From positions 28,375 to 92,374 of the forward strand of contig JAVVEA010000014.1 in NCBI GenBank assembly GCA_032250835.1: DNA of 64,000 bases, given 5' to 3'. The position numbers and the translations under genes were made by a program. The DNA comes from a bacterium. GTDB lineage: Bacteria > SAR324 > XYD2-FULL-50-16. Below are positions 53,444 through 63,602 of this stretch, in pieces. Each line of letters opens with the position of its first letter. The stretch's first letter is position 1. The notes under the pieces were generated by a model. It was not told the DNA's origin. It worked only from the letters and a program-made list of their open reading frames with translations, and did no database searches.

Positions 53444-54766
53444 TTAGTACTTAAGCTTAAACAGGCGGTGCTTGGCGGTGAGTTCGGCGGCTTCGCCTAG
53501 GTGTTTGACGCCCTTGGCGGCCAGCAGGGGGATCAGACGTAAAAAAACCAGCGCCGTCATTTTGGCGTCTCCTAAGGCTTGGTGCCGGTTGCCTGGGTCG
53601 ATGCCAAAGCGGCGGGCTAAGTCTTCAAGGCCCCATTCGCTGTCTAAGCAAAATTCGGCTAAACAGAGGCTGTCGAGTATGGGCACCGGGGGAGTAAAAT
53701 CCAATTGCTGGCGGAAAAAGGCCAGATCAAAGGCCAGATTGTGACCCAGCCAGACGGCTTGGTCCGCGAATTCTAGAAACTTAGGCCAATGGGACGCTAA
53801 GGTTGGTTCATTGGTTAGCTGGTCGATGGTGATGCCGTGTATGTTGGTGGATTCTGGTGAAATGGGGCAGCCCGGCCGGAAGCGCTGGAGGTATTGTTCG
53901 CCTTCTAACAAGCGCCGCCCGGTCAGCCGCAGGGCCCCCAACTCGATCACCTGATCCCCCTTGGAGGGGTTGAGCCCGGTGGTTTCTGTGTCCAGGCAGC
54001 AATAGGGCAAGTCGCTTAAGCGGCACGCCCCCCAATCAGCGGGGTCTTCGGGTAGGCCAGCAAAATGAGGCGCAAAAACCAGGGGGGAAGGTTCACAGGG
54101 CTGGCCGTCTGGTTTGGCTTGAGGGCCGCACTTAAGCCACTTCCAAGGGAGCCCTTCGGGCTGGGCAAGCGGTAGGGTTTCCAAGGGCTTTGGTAGCGCC
54201 TCTGCTCCCGAGGGCAGCGGGCGGCCCAGTTGCAGGCCTTGGATTTGCTGGAGCGCTGGTTCGTTGTATAACAAGACCCGATTTTTGGGCCCCAATAGCA
54301 GTTGGGCCCGGTGGTCGGCGCAGAAGAGGCGGTTGAGTACTAGGGCTTCTTCGGCGGCCAGTTCGCCCCGGTCCTCGTGGCCCCAGCGGTTTAAGTAAGC
54401 CTGTTCGGCGGCGTATTGGTTGATCACTTCGGCTAGAGCACGGGCCTCGGGGCTGCCTTCGGGCAATATTTTGTGGCTCACGTTGCCTTCGTGGATCCAG
54501 CGGGTTTGGTCCGCTAATTTGAGTAGCGGGAGGATATAGGCGTGGTAAACCTGGGCCGAAAGGCTGTGCATCAACAGGCCAAACAAAACCCCGCCGCCTA
54601 GCAAAAAGGGGAAGGCTTTATGCCAACGTTGCAGCAGCCAAGCCTGTTCTTCTGGCGAAAAGGCGCGGTAGCTCAGGTAGAGCGTTAAGGCCCCAATCGC
54701 CCAAACGGCCAAGGTGGACAGGATCACATAGACCACATGCCGCCGCCATTTCCGCCGCCAGCTCAT
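53444..54766 (-). CDS. Membrane-anchored DnaQ-like 3'-5' exonuclease
   Basis: Two N-terminal TMs; DTETTGL, GHNLAFD, RHQALGDA DEDDh motifs. Confidence 0.88.
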   Translation of the reverse strand: MSWRRKWRRHVVYVILSTLAVWAIGALTLYLSYRAFSPEEQAWLLQRWHKAFPFLLGGGVLFGLLMHSLSAQVYHAYILPLLKLADQTRWIHEGNVSHKILPEGSPEARALAEVINQYAAEQAYLNRWGHEDRGELAAEEALVLNRLFCADHRAQLLLGPKNRVLLYNEPALQQIQGLQLGRPLPSGAEALPKPLETLPLAQPEGLPWKWLKCGPQAKPDGQPCEPSPLVFAPHFAGLPEDPADWGACRLSDLPYCCLDTETTGLNPSKGDQVIELGALRLTGRRLLEGEQYLQRFRPGCPISPESTNIHGITIDQLTNEPTLASHWPKFLEFADQAVWLGHNLAFDLAFFRQQLDFTPPVPILDSLCLAEFCLDSEWGLEDLARRFGIDPGNRHQALGDAKMTALVFLRLIPLLAAKGVKHLGEAAELTAKHRLFKLKY

Positions 54767-56202
54767 CGGACCCCACCGGCATATTGGGAGAGTAGCGCCT
54801 CTTGCCCCTGTTGGATCGTTTTAAATACCTGCTTGAGGGTGCCTTGTTCGATTTCGGTTAAGTCGCCGGGAGCAATCCAGTTGTCTGGGGCTTTGCCTGC
54901 CTCGATTTGGGTTAATTGGTGGCGCAGCCTCAGGTCGGTGAGGGTCTCCAAGGCTTCGCGCAGTTCGCGAAAGAGCGGGCGCTTACGCTCGGCCTCTAAA
55001 GCCCGCAGACGGGCCAGGGTATTGCGCGGGCGCAAGCGGTCGATCAAACAAAAAGCGCGGGCGAGGTCGGTGATCAATGCGGTGCCCTTTTCTTTGATGT
55101 CTAGGGCCTTGGCGTGGTCACCCTCGCCGGTCTTGAAGCCGCCAAAGAGCCCCAAAGGCGGTTTGGCCTGTACCGCCGCCTGGGCTAAGTTGGCCGGGAA
55201 GGGACCGGCCTTGGGCAAGATCGAAAAGAGGTGGTCTTCTAATTGCGCCACTAAAGACAATTCACCGTATACGCCACGGAAGTCAAAAAAGATATTGGCC
55301 CGTAGGATTTCCTCGGCTGCCGGGCGCTGGACCCAAAGGCTGAATTGGTCTTTCCATTGCCCAATCGAAAGGTTCCAACGGGGATTTTGGGCCATGATCT
55401 CGCCGGGGCAGTAGGGGTAGCCAATCTGGTCGAGCATGCGGCAGAGCTTGCGGGCATACTCCATAAACCATTCCTTGGCGGCGGTATCTTCGGGATCCAG
55501 CTCGGCGTGGATGAGGGCGTTGTCTTGGTCGGTTTTAAAGGTCTGCTCGCCGCGGCCTTCACTACCTAAGACCATCACCGCAAAGGGCACCGGTGGCGGG
55601 CTGGGCATCTGCAATTTGGCCAGTTTCCCGGCGCGGCGCATCATCCAATCGTTGATCCCGCTGATGATCGGGCCTACGCGCTCGACCGAGAGCCCCTCAG
55701 CCAGCAGGCCGCGCATAGCCGATGGCAGCTTGTTGAAGATGCGTTGTAATTCTTCGGGGGAACCGGCTTCTTGGATGCGTCCGGCAAAAAAGAGGGGCGA
55801 ATAGGTCCGCTCGGCGATGAAGTCTTCTTTGGTGGCCAAAGCCAACAGACGGCCTTGATCCACGATCACCAAATGGTGCCGTTTCTTGGCGATCATCTGC
55901 AACAGCCCGTCTGAGCGGGTGGCGGTGACTTCTAAGGCCTCGATGGGACCCGACATGATCCGGCTGACGGGCTCTAAGGGGCTCAAGCCCTCGGCTAGCG
56001 CTTTTTTGCGGAAGTCTCGGTCGGTTATGATGCCCCGTAATGCTCCGGCCTCGACGACAATCGCCGCATCCCATCCACCGGCTTCCATCTGCTTGGCTGC
56101 TTCTTGTAGGCTGGTCTCGGGGGAGACACACAGAGGCTCAAGCCGCCCAAAACCTTTTAAGTCACGGGCAAAGAGGGGGATCGGGGCGTTGGGGTCGGAC
56201 AT
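54763..56202 (-). CDS. CBS plus DUF294 nucleotidyltransferase-like protein
   Basis: GIITDRD CBS motif; LGSEGRGEQ..KTDQDNAL, CPGEIMA.NP.W, IFFDFR. ATG 56202 preferred over 56382. Confidence 0.9.
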   Translation of the reverse strand: MSDPNAPIPLFARDLKGFGRLEPLCVSPETSLQEAAKQMEAGGWDAAIVVEAGALRGIITDRDFRKKALAEGLSPLEPVSRIMSGPIEALEVTATRSDGLLQMIAKKRHHLVIVDQGRLLALATKEDFIAERTYSPLFFAGRIQEAGSPEELQRIFNKLPSAMRGLLAEGLSVERVGPIISGINDWMMRRAGKLAKLQMPSPPPVPFAVMVLGSEGRGEQTFKTDQDNALIHAELDPEDTAAKEWFMEYARKLCRMLDQIGYPYCPGEIMAQNPRWNLSIGQWKDQFSLWVQRPAAEEILRANIFFDFRGVYGELSLVAQLEDHLFSILPKAGPFPANLAQAAVQAKPPLGLFGGFKTGEGDHAKALDIKEKGTALITDLARAFCLIDRLRPRNTLARLRALEAERKRPLFRELREALETLTDLRLRHQLTQIEAGKAPDNWIAPGDLTEIEQGTLKQVFKTIQQGQEALLSQYAGGVR

Positions 56203-56206
56203 GGCG

Positions 56207-56710
56207 TCACTCCTGCCAGATACCTGGCGGCAAATGTTCTTGTAACAGTTGTTTGAGCGCTTCGGTTTTATCTGCGGTGGCGGACTTGGGTACCGAAAAA
56301 CCCTGGGCTTTGGCGAGGTAAAAGAAGAAGTCTTTGGGTCCCTCGGCGACCTTAACAAACCGGCTCCATTCCATCCGCTCACTTCCGCCAGAGCTTTTGC
56401 TGGTCACCCCATTTTCTGTGAAGTGATATTCCAGCCCGCTCCGTAGCAGCCCTTGTTTTTTAAAAAGGGCAACCGAAGACATGGCAAAAAAGAGCGGCAA
56501 GACCGCAAAGTATAAAAGCGGCAGGAGGCCAAAGGCGTAAAAAGTCAGGATCGGGACGTTGGGGTCAAAGAGGCTATAGACCGACGCCGCCACCGCCGCC
56601 AACGAGGCGGCGAAGAAGAGCCGGTCCAGCCTGGGGCTTTGGCCCAGGTGCAGGTGGCGGAGCATCCGCATCAGGTCTGCGGGTTCCATTTTTACCTTTA
56701 CCTGAACCAT
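56207..56710 (-). CDS. YcxB-family membrane protein
   Basis: Two TMs, then Y.F.E.G......S...W.....V.E....F......F.VPK. Confidence 0.7.
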   Translation of the reverse strand: MVQVKVKMEPADLMRMLRHLHLGQSPRLDRLFFAASLAAVAASVYSLFDPNVPILTFYAFGLLPLLYFAVLPLFFAMSSVALFKKQGLLRSGLEYHFTENGVTSKSSGGSERMEWSRFVKVAEGPKDFFFYLAKAQGFSVPKSATADKTEALKQLLQEHLPPGIWQE

Positions 56711-56725
56711 CCGCTTGACTCCTAG

Positions 56726-58507
56726 TTAGTGCGCTGCTGAAGCTTCACCAGCACCACGGGGGTACCGGATCGACTCGACCATCTCTTGCACTTCAAGCGG
56801 CGGAGCCGGTGTGAAGCGAGAGATAACGAGGCAGCAGGTGAAGTTGATCAACATCCCAACGGTGCCGATCCCTTCGGGACTAATGCCCATAAACCACCAG
56901 CCCACACCCAGGAATTTGGTCTGGATGATGTACAAGATGGTGAAGCTCATCCCCAACACCATACCGGTGATGGCGGCTTCTTTGGTGGTCGTCTTCGAGA
57001 AAATCCCCATCACGATCACCGGGAAGAAGCTGGAAGCGGCCAAACCAAAGGCGAAGGCCACCACCTGAGCCACAAAGCCCGGCGGGTGGATGCCGAAATA
57101 ACCGGCAATACAAACCGCCACGGCAACCGTCAAGCGAGCAACCATCAGCTTCTTGGCTTCTGAAGCATCCGGGTTGATCAGCTTAGTGTAAAAGTCGTGG
57201 CTGATGGAGCTGGATATCACCAACAACAAACCGGCCGCCGTAGAGAGCGCGGCAGCCAAACCACCCGAGGCAACCAGGGCAATAACCCAGTTAGGCAACT
57301 GAGCGATTTCCGGGTTGGCCAAAACCATGATGTCCCGGTCCACGATCAACTCGTTTTTGGTTACGGGATAACCCTTTTCAGGGTTGCCGTGGGCTTGGTT
57401 TTTCTCGTCGGTCAAGGATTTGATGTTACCGGCGCGGTATTGGATCTTTCCGTCACCGTTGAGGTCTTCCCATTTGATCAGCTTAGTCTCTTGCCAACTA
57501 AAAAACCAATGCCTCTCCATACCCGCCGACGCAGCATCGGTCTTTAGGTCATCGAGGCTCTTTTCGTTGAGCGAGAGGATCATGTTGTATCGAGCGAAAC
57601 TGGCGATGGCCGGAGCGGTCGTGTACAAGATGCCAATGAACACCAAAGCCCAAACGGCCGACCAGCGCGCACCAGCCACGTTAGGCACCGTATAAAAACG
57701 GATGATCACGTGGGGGAGACCGGCGGTACCGACCATCAAGGCGATAGTGATCGCAAAGACGTCGATCATCGACTTCTTCCCGGCCACAAAGGCCCCAGTA
57801 TATTCGGCAAAGCCTAAGTCTCGGCTGATTTCATCTAAGGCTTGCAGCAGATACCGACCATCACTTAAATGACCGCCGAAGCCTAATTGAGGAATAAAGT
57901 TCCCGGTCACCTGATTACTGATCGCTACTGCGGGGATGATGTAGGCAATGATCAACACACAGTACTGGGCCACCTGAGTGTAGGTGATGCCTTTCATGCC
58001 GCCCAAGGTGGCGTAGGTCAAGACGATCACCATACCCAGCAATACGCCGGTAGTAATGTCTACGTTTAAGAAACGCGAGAAGACAATCCCCACACCGCGC
58101 ATCTGGCCAGCAACGTAGGTAAAAGAAACGAAGATCGCGCAAACTGCCGCGACCATACGGGCCGTGTTCGAGTAGTAGCGAGTGCCCACAAAGTCAGGCA
58201 CCGTAAACTGACCGAACTTACGCAAGAAGGGGGCTAGCAGGATCGCCAAAAGGACGTACCCACCAGTCCAACCGAGTAAGTAAATGACCCCGGTATAACC
58301 CATAAAGGAGATCAAACCGGCCATCGAGATGAAGCTAGCCGCCGACATCCAATCTGCGCCGGTAGCCATACCGTTTAATACCGGCGGGACGTTGCCCCCG
58401 GCGACGTAAAAGCTTTTGGTGTCGGCGACTCTAGTCGCGATGGCGATGCCTATATATAAGGCAAAGGTGATGCCGACGATGATATAGGTCCAAGTTAAAA
58501 TGCTCAT
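56726..58507 (-). CDS. actP: Sodium:solute symporter, ActP/VC2705-like subfamily
   Basis: NGMATGADWMSAASF, GWTGGY, GGMKGITYTQV, GTAGLPH...RF, GGLAAALSTA. Confidence 0.85.
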   Translation of the reverse strand: MSILTWTYIIVGITFALYIGIAIATRVADTKSFYVAGGNVPPVLNGMATGADWMSAASFISMAGLISFMGYTGVIYLLGWTGGYVLLAILLAPFLRKFGQFTVPDFVGTRYYSNTARMVAAVCAIFVSFTYVAGQMRGVGIVFSRFLNVDITTGVLLGMVIVLTYATLGGMKGITYTQVAQYCVLIIAYIIPAVAISNQVTGNFIPQLGFGGHLSDGRYLLQALDEISRDLGFAEYTGAFVAGKKSMIDVFAITIALMVGTAGLPHVIIRFYTVPNVAGARWSAVWALVFIGILYTTAPAIASFARYNMILSLNEKSLDDLKTDAASAGMERHWFFSWQETKLIKWEDLNGDGKIQYRAGNIKSLTDEKNQAHGNPEKGYPVTKNELIVDRDIMVLANPEIAQLPNWVIALVASGGLAAALSTAAGLLLVISSSISHDFYTKLINPDASEAKKLMVARLTVAVAVCIAGYFGIHPPGFVAQVVAFAFGLAASSFFPVIVMGIFSKTTTKEAAITGMVLGMSFTILYIIQTKFLGVGWWFMGISPEGIGTVGMLINFTCCLVISRFTPAPPLEVQEMVESIRYPRGAGEASAAH

Positions 58508-58519
58508 GTTCGGATCTCC

Positions 58520-58774
58520 TTATTCGTTTACGTCAAACTTGGCATCCAACTTATGCATGGCTTTGGCGTACCACAAAACCAAGAAAAAGAAGATGATGAT
58601 CGAACCGTTTTGGGCGAACCAAAACCCTAGCGGAAACCCGCCCATATGGATGCTGTTGAGTTGCTCGACAAAGAGAATTGTGGGCACATATCCAAAAAAT
58701 GCCCATAAAGCCATCACCTTAAGGGTCAAACTCAAGGTCGCTTTCCAGTAGTCCTTTTTGTTGTCCTGTTCCAT
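58520..58774 (-). CDS. DUF4212 small membrane partner of the symporter
   Basis: YWK, GGFPLGFWFAQNGSI, LD.KF.V.E; ATG 58774 (ORF open to 58804). Confidence 0.88.
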   Translation of the reverse strand: MEQDNKKDYWKATLSLTLKVMALWAFFGYVPTILFVEQLNSIHMGGFPLGFWFAQNGSIIIFFFLVLWYAKAMHKLDAKFDVNE

Positions 58775-59248
58775 GTTCCCTGGTGGATAGAGGTGAATGT
58801 TCACGTAATCGAGGCGATTGTACTTGACGCAGGGTGGTGAGTAAAGAATTTGTCTATACTAATAGCCGAATATAGGTTGATTATTGATCTGGTAACTTGA
58901 ATAGTTTTCTGAAAATAAATAACTTATAAAATTTTATGGTCCAGAAAAAAATAATTTGCCTACACGAATTTGAGTTCAAAATCTACTTTAAGCTGGCCTA
59001 TCAAAAACCTTAGAGAGCACTTTTATTGATTCTCAAAACCTGAAGTATGTTAAGATGATTTTACAGTTGATAAAAGGGTGAGAGTCTAGGTTTTTCGGAA
59101 AAAGAAATTTGCTAGCTGCCTAAAGGTTAGGCGCGGTGGTAGCGCTTTGCCGTTCCGTAAAGACTGATTGACTTCCCCGGACCCGCCACGGCATCCCGCC
59201 GCCCCACGGGCCCAGCGTTGAAACCAATGGTTTACCGCAGGAGGTCCC

Positions 59249-61336
59249 ATGTCTTTGTTTAAAAATATGACCATTTCGGCCAAGCTGATGCTCTCCTTTG
59301 CGGTGATCATCATCCTGTTGGTCATTCTGGCCCTTTTGCCCTATGTGGGCATGCAGCGGACCTACGACGGCTTTGTGAGCTACCGGAGCCTGGCCCGGGA
59401 CACGAACCTGGCCGGGAGGCTTCAGGCGAACATGTTGATGGTCCGCATGAGCGTTAAAGATTTCTTGATCCGTGGCGACGATAAATCTGTGGCCGGTTAC
59501 GAGGAATACCGGGGACTAATGACCCGATTCCTTGAAGAGGCCCACCAGGAGATCAAGAACCCTGAACGAGCCCAAAAGATCGATTTGATCACCAATCAGG
59601 TGGGGGCTTACGAAAAGTCCTTTGCTGAAGTGGTGGCCTTACGTAGCCAGAGCGAGAAGCTTGAACATGAAGTTTTAGATAAGATCGGTCCCTCGGCCCG
59701 TGCGGACATGACCGAAATCATGCAAAGCGCCTTTAAAGACAAAGACGCAACTTCGGCCTATTACGCGGGGCGCTTACAAGAGCATTTGATGCTTGGCCGG
59801 TTGTATGTCAGTAAGTTTATCGAAACCCGCGAAGTTGCCTATGCCGAGCGGGCCAACCAAGAATTTGCCGACGTCAAACGCAACTACGAGGAGTTGGGTG
59901 CACTGCTGAAAAACCCGCGCCGCCGTCAGTTGTTAGAAGACTTTATCAATAAGGTAAAAACCTACGAGGCGACCTTCGCTAAAATGGTGGAGGCGCTCGA
60001 CAAACATGACCGTCTCGTGGTCAACAGCCTAGATAAAATCGGTCCGGCCATCGCCCAGGCCGCTGAAGACGTTAAGCTGGGGATTAAAGAGGAACAGGAC
60101 ATTTTAGGGCCGCAGGTTAAAGACAACACCGAAATGACTTTAACGGGCCTGATCGGTTTGGGCAGTGCCGCCTTCTTGATCTCGGTGTTGATCGGTGTCT
60201 TCTTGTCCAAATCAATTGGTGGCTTAACCAAGCTGATGAGTGATTTGGTTAACGACTTACTCGGCGCATCAGAGCAAGTAACCAGCGCCAGCGGCCAGAT
60301 CAGCGCTTCGGCCCAACAGCTGAGCCAAGGGGCGGCGGAACAGGCCTCGAGCTTAGAAGAAACCTCCTCGACGATGGAGCAGGTTTCCAGCCAAGCTTCG
60401 AGCAACGCCGAGTCGGCCGACCACGCCGCGATTGGTGTGGCCGAAATGGCTGATTTAGTGACCCGTTCGAATGAAAACGCCCAATCGGCGGCCCAATTGG
60501 CCAGCGAAGCACGTAATTCAGCCGAAGCCGGGGTTGAGTCGATTGGTCGGATCACCCAGGCGATGGCCGAAATCAACGACGCCAGCCAACAGGTGGCCGA
60601 CATCATTGAAGTGATCAACGACATCACCCACCAGACCAAGATGCTCGCCACCAACGCCGCTATTGAGGCAGCGCGTGCCGGTGAACAGGGCAAGGGGTTT
60701 GCGGTGGTCGCCGACGAGGTGAGCAAACTGGCCGAAACCTCTAAATCCAGCGCCAAAGAGATCAGTAAGCTGATCAAAGAAAGCGGTCAGAAGGCCCAAG
60801 CAGGCAACCAATTGGCTATCGAGGGTCAAGCGGTCTTGCAGCAGATCTTCGAGAAGGCCGAAGGCGTGGCCCGGTTGATCCACCAGATCAACGAATATTC
60901 GACCCAACAGTCCCAGGGCATGAAGCAGGTTCAGGGGATGGTCGAGGACATCAAACGGGCCTCTAAGGAACAGGCCAACGGCGTGGGCCAAGTGTCTGCG
61001 GCGATGTCTGAGATGGACAAGGTAACCCAGTCCAACGCCGCCACCGCCGAGGAATCGGCCGCCGCCGCCGAGGAACTGAACAGCCAGGCCGAATCGCTAA
61101 GGTCGCTGATTGCCGAAGTGGGCCGCCACTTTGGGGTGAACACCGCCGCCGGGTCTAAGTCGAAAGATGAGGCCCCCCGCGTAGCGAAGGTGATCCACCA
61201 CCCGGCCCACCCCAACCACCCCTCTAAGTCGGCCCGAGTCGAGCAGGCACCGGCCCGGCGACTGGCCAGCGGCGACGGCCGTTTGGTTAAGCCCAGTCAA
61301 GCGATCCCGATGCGCGAAGACTTTGGCGACTTTTAG
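59249..61336 (+). CDS. Methyl-accepting chemotaxis protein with helical periplasmic sensor
   Basis: Two TMs; [31 protein letters not shown]-terminal pentapeptide DFGDF; GGAGG RBS. Confidence 0.95.
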   Translation: MSLFKNMTISAKLMLSFAVIIILLVILALLPYVGMQRTYDGFVSYRSLARDTNLAGRLQANMLMVRMSVKDFLIRGDDKSVAGYEEYRGLMTRFLEEAHQEIKNPERAQKIDLITNQVGAYEKSFAEVVALRSQSEKLEHEVLDKIGPSARADMTEIMQSAFKDKDATSAYYAGRLQEHLMLGRLYVSKFIETREVAYAERANQEFADVKRNYEELGALLKNPRRRQLLEDFINKVKTYEATFAKMVEALDKHDRLVVNSLDKIGPAIAQAAEDVKLGIKEEQDILGPQVKDNTEMTLTGLIGLGSAAFLISVLIGVFLSKSIGGLTKLMSDLVNDLLGASEQVTSASGQISASAQQLSQGAAEQASSLEETSSTMEQVSSQASSNAESADHAAIGVAEMADLVTRSNENAQSAAQLASEARNSAEAGVESIGRITQAMAEINDASQQVADIIEVINDITHQTKMLATNAAIEAARAGEQGKGFAVVADEVSKLAETSKSSAKEISKLIKESGQKAQAGNQLAIEGQAVLQQIFEKAEGVARLIHQINEYSTQQSQGMKQVQGMVEDIKRASKEQANGVGQVSAAMSEMDKVTQSNAATAEESAAAAEELNSQAESLRSLIAEVGRHFGVNTAAGSKSKDEAPRVAKVIHHPAHPNHPSKSARVEQAPARRLASGDGRLVKPSQAIPMREDFGDF

Positions 61337-61379
61337 GTTGGCGTAGGCTCCGGTCTCTCCCTCCTTTCATCGGAGCCTT

Positions 61380-61420
61380 AGGGCCCGGTTTCCCTTCGGG
61401 GGAGTCGGGCCCTTTCTTTT
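61380..61420 (+). terminator. Intrinsic terminator after the MCP gene
   Basis: AGGGCCCG...CGGGCCCT stem followed by TTCTTTT. Confidence 0.75.
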
Positions 61421-61509
61421 GGCGCGCTGGTCATTTGGCCCTGTGCCCATTTGAAAAGGGATTGCCAGAAAGCCGCTACAGGGCTAATTTGCCAAAAAAC
61501 CTACAGCAA

Positions 61510-63024
61510 ATGTTGCCCATGTTTTCCGAGCGCCTCCTTACCTCCGCCCAAGGCCCTATCCGAAAGGTAACCGAGTCTTTGGACTACCAAAGTTTCGACT
61601 CCTTTTTTGACACCGTTGCCCAGCGCGGCGTTATTTTGGAGTCTGCCGAAATCGCCCCGATCTATGGCCGGATGAGCCTGATTTTGATCGATCCGCCCTT
61701 GAGTATCCGCGGCAAAGACGAGTCCTTTGAACTGCGCGCCCTCAACGAGCGGGGGGTGAAGCTATTGGGTTTGCTGAAAGACGAACTCTTTGGCTTTGCC
61801 GAAAACTTAACCCGAGACGCCCAAGCCATCCGGGGCCAAGTACCGCGCAAAAACGACTTGCTCGACGAATCCAAGCGCCACAAACAGCCCAACATCAGTT
61901 TTGTGATCAAGGCACTCTTGGCCCATTTCGAAGGCGACGATTCTAGCCTGGGGCTTTACGGGGCCTTTGCCTACGACTTCATCCGGCTCTTTGAAGACAT
62001 CCCCTACAAAGGGGCCGAGGTGGACGTGCCGGACTTTAACCTATTCTTCCCTGACCAGATTATGGTTGCCGACCACTTCAAGGAGAAGTTGGAGCGGCAT
62101 CTTTACGAGTTTTTTGACTTTGAGGTGAGCCCGGAGGCCTTGCTGTTGCGCCGCGAAGCGGACCTCGCTTCACAGCCCAAGCCCGAAGGCCCCAAAACGC
62201 CGATCCTGCGCGACAACGAGATGGACCCAGAGCCCTTTAAGGCTCTGATCGAAAAGGGTAAAGCTGAGATCAAACGGGGGGAAATTTTTGAGATCGTCTT
62301 GAGCCGCAGCCAGTACTTCGACTGCCCCAAACACCCGTTGGACGTCTACCGCCGCTTCCGCAGCGTCAATCCCTCGCCCTACCAGTTTTATATGAACTTC
62401 GGCGACGAAGCGCTGGTCGGCGCTAGCCCCGAAATGTTCTTGCGCATCGAAGGTGACCAAGTGACCACCCGGCCTATCTCGGGCACCATCCACCGGGGCG
62501 CGGATACCTTTGAAGACTATGAAAACATGATGACTTTGCTCAATTCAGTAAAAGAAAAGAGCGAGTTGGATATGCTGATAGATCTGGCCCGTAACGACCT
62601 AAGCCGGGTTTGTAAGCCCGGCGTGAAGGTGACGGACTACCGCTTTGTGGAAAAGTACAGCAAGGTCATGCACACGGTAGCCAACGTCGAAGGCCGCTTG
62701 GACCGCGAGCGCTTTGAACCCTTTGATGCCTTGGTGGCCAGCCTCAACGCAGGCACCTTAACGGGGGCCCCGAAGATCGCCGCCATGCGGTTGATCGAGC
62801 AGTTTGAGAAAAACGCACGGGGTTATTATGGCGGGAACATCGGCTATCTGGCCTTTAACGGGAATCTAGACTTCGGCATCATCATCCGCACCGCCCACAT
62901 CAAGGGCGGCCAAGCCGAGGTCCGTGTCGGTGCGACGATTCTTTACGATTCGGACCCCACCTCAGAGTTCCAAGAAACGCAGAACAAAGGAAACGCCTTC
63001 TTCGCCATCTTGGAGGAAAAATGA
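61510..63024 (+). CDS. trpE: Anthranilate synthase component I
   Basis: ILES, GAFAYD, NPSPY, GASPE, RPISGT, LIDLARND, GTLTGAPK; start at 61510 or 61519. Confidence 0.9.
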   Translation: MLPMFSERLLTSAQGPIRKVTESLDYQSFDSFFDTVAQRGVILESAEIAPIYGRMSLILIDPPLSIRGKDESFELRALNERGVKLLGLLKDELFGFAENLTRDAQAIRGQVPRKNDLLDESKRHKQPNISFVIKALLAHFEGDDSSLGLYGAFAYDFIRLFEDIPYKGAEVDVPDFNLFFPDQIMVADHFKEKLERHLYEFFDFEVSPEALLLRREADLASQPKPEGPKTPILRDNEMDPEPFKALIEKGKAEIKRGEIFEIVLSRSQYFDCPKHPLDVYRRFRSVNPSPYQFYMNFGDEALVGASPEMFLRIEGDQVTTRPISGTIHRGADTFEDYENMMTLLNSVKEKSELDMLIDLARNDLSRVCKPGVKVTDYRFVEKYSKVMHTVANVEGRLDRERFEPFDALVASLNAGTLTGAPKIAAMRLIEQFEKNARGYYGGNIGYLAFNGNLDFGIIIRTAHIKGGQAEVRVGATILYDSDPTSEFQETQNKGNAFFAILEEK

Positions 63025-63602
63025 GCGCGCGCATCTTCATGGTGGACAATTACGACAGCTTCACCTTCAACTTGGTGGAATATTTTAAGCTCAAAGGCGC
63101 TGAAGTGGTGGTCTACCGCAACGACTTAGACCCCCAGTTGATTGAGGACTACCAGCCCGACTTGATCGTCTTAAGCCCCGGTCCCTCGGTGCCTTCAAAT
63201 GCCGGTAACCTGCTCGAAGTGATCCGCCGCTATGCCGGTCAGTTCCCGATCTTCGGGGTCTGTCTGGGGCATCAGGCGATCATCGAGGCGATGGGCGGCG
63301 AGCTGGGCTTTTTGGATTATCCGGTCCACGGCAAGACCAGCCCGATCAGCCATGACGGCCAGGGCCTCTTTGCGGGCCTGCCCCACCCGGTCAACGTAGG
63401 CCGTTACCACAGCCTGATCGGCTCCAAGGTGCCTGACTGCTTAGAAGTTACCGCCCAAACCGACGACGGCATCGTGATGGCGGTACGCCATAAGACCCAA
63501 AAGGTTTTGGGCGTCCAGTTCCACCCCGAGTCCATCCTCACCGCCAAAGGCGACCAGGGCCTACAAATGATCGGCAACCTACTCGATTGGGCTCGCGCCT
63601 AA
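63021..63602 (+). CDS. trpG: Anthranilate synthase component II (glutamine amidotransferase)
   Basis: DNYDSF, SPGP, GVCLGHQ, RYHS, QFHPES. Confidence 0.93.
   Translation: MSARIFMVDNYDSFTFNLVEYFKLKGAEVVVYRNDLDPQLIEDYQPDLIVLSPGPSVPSNAGNLLEVIRRYAGQFPIFGVCLGHQAIIEAMGGELGFLDYPVHGKTSPISHDGQGLFAGLPHPVNVGRYHSLIGSKVPDCLEVTAQTDDGIVMAVRHKTQKVLGVQFHPESILTAKGDQGLQMIGNLLDWARA

Noticed and set aside
59085-59245. Possible c-di-GMP-I riboswitch ahead of the MCP (GCCTAAA...GGTAGC...GCCG)
   Set aside because: The GCAAAC-GAAA-GACGCAAA P2 elements are not present. An Infernal search against Rfam would settle it.
59962-60777. Long antisense ORFs (also 20334..21011, 41257..41961, 12391..13038, 54737..55414)
   Set aside because: Shadows of well-supported genes on the opposite strand, with no recognisable motifs.
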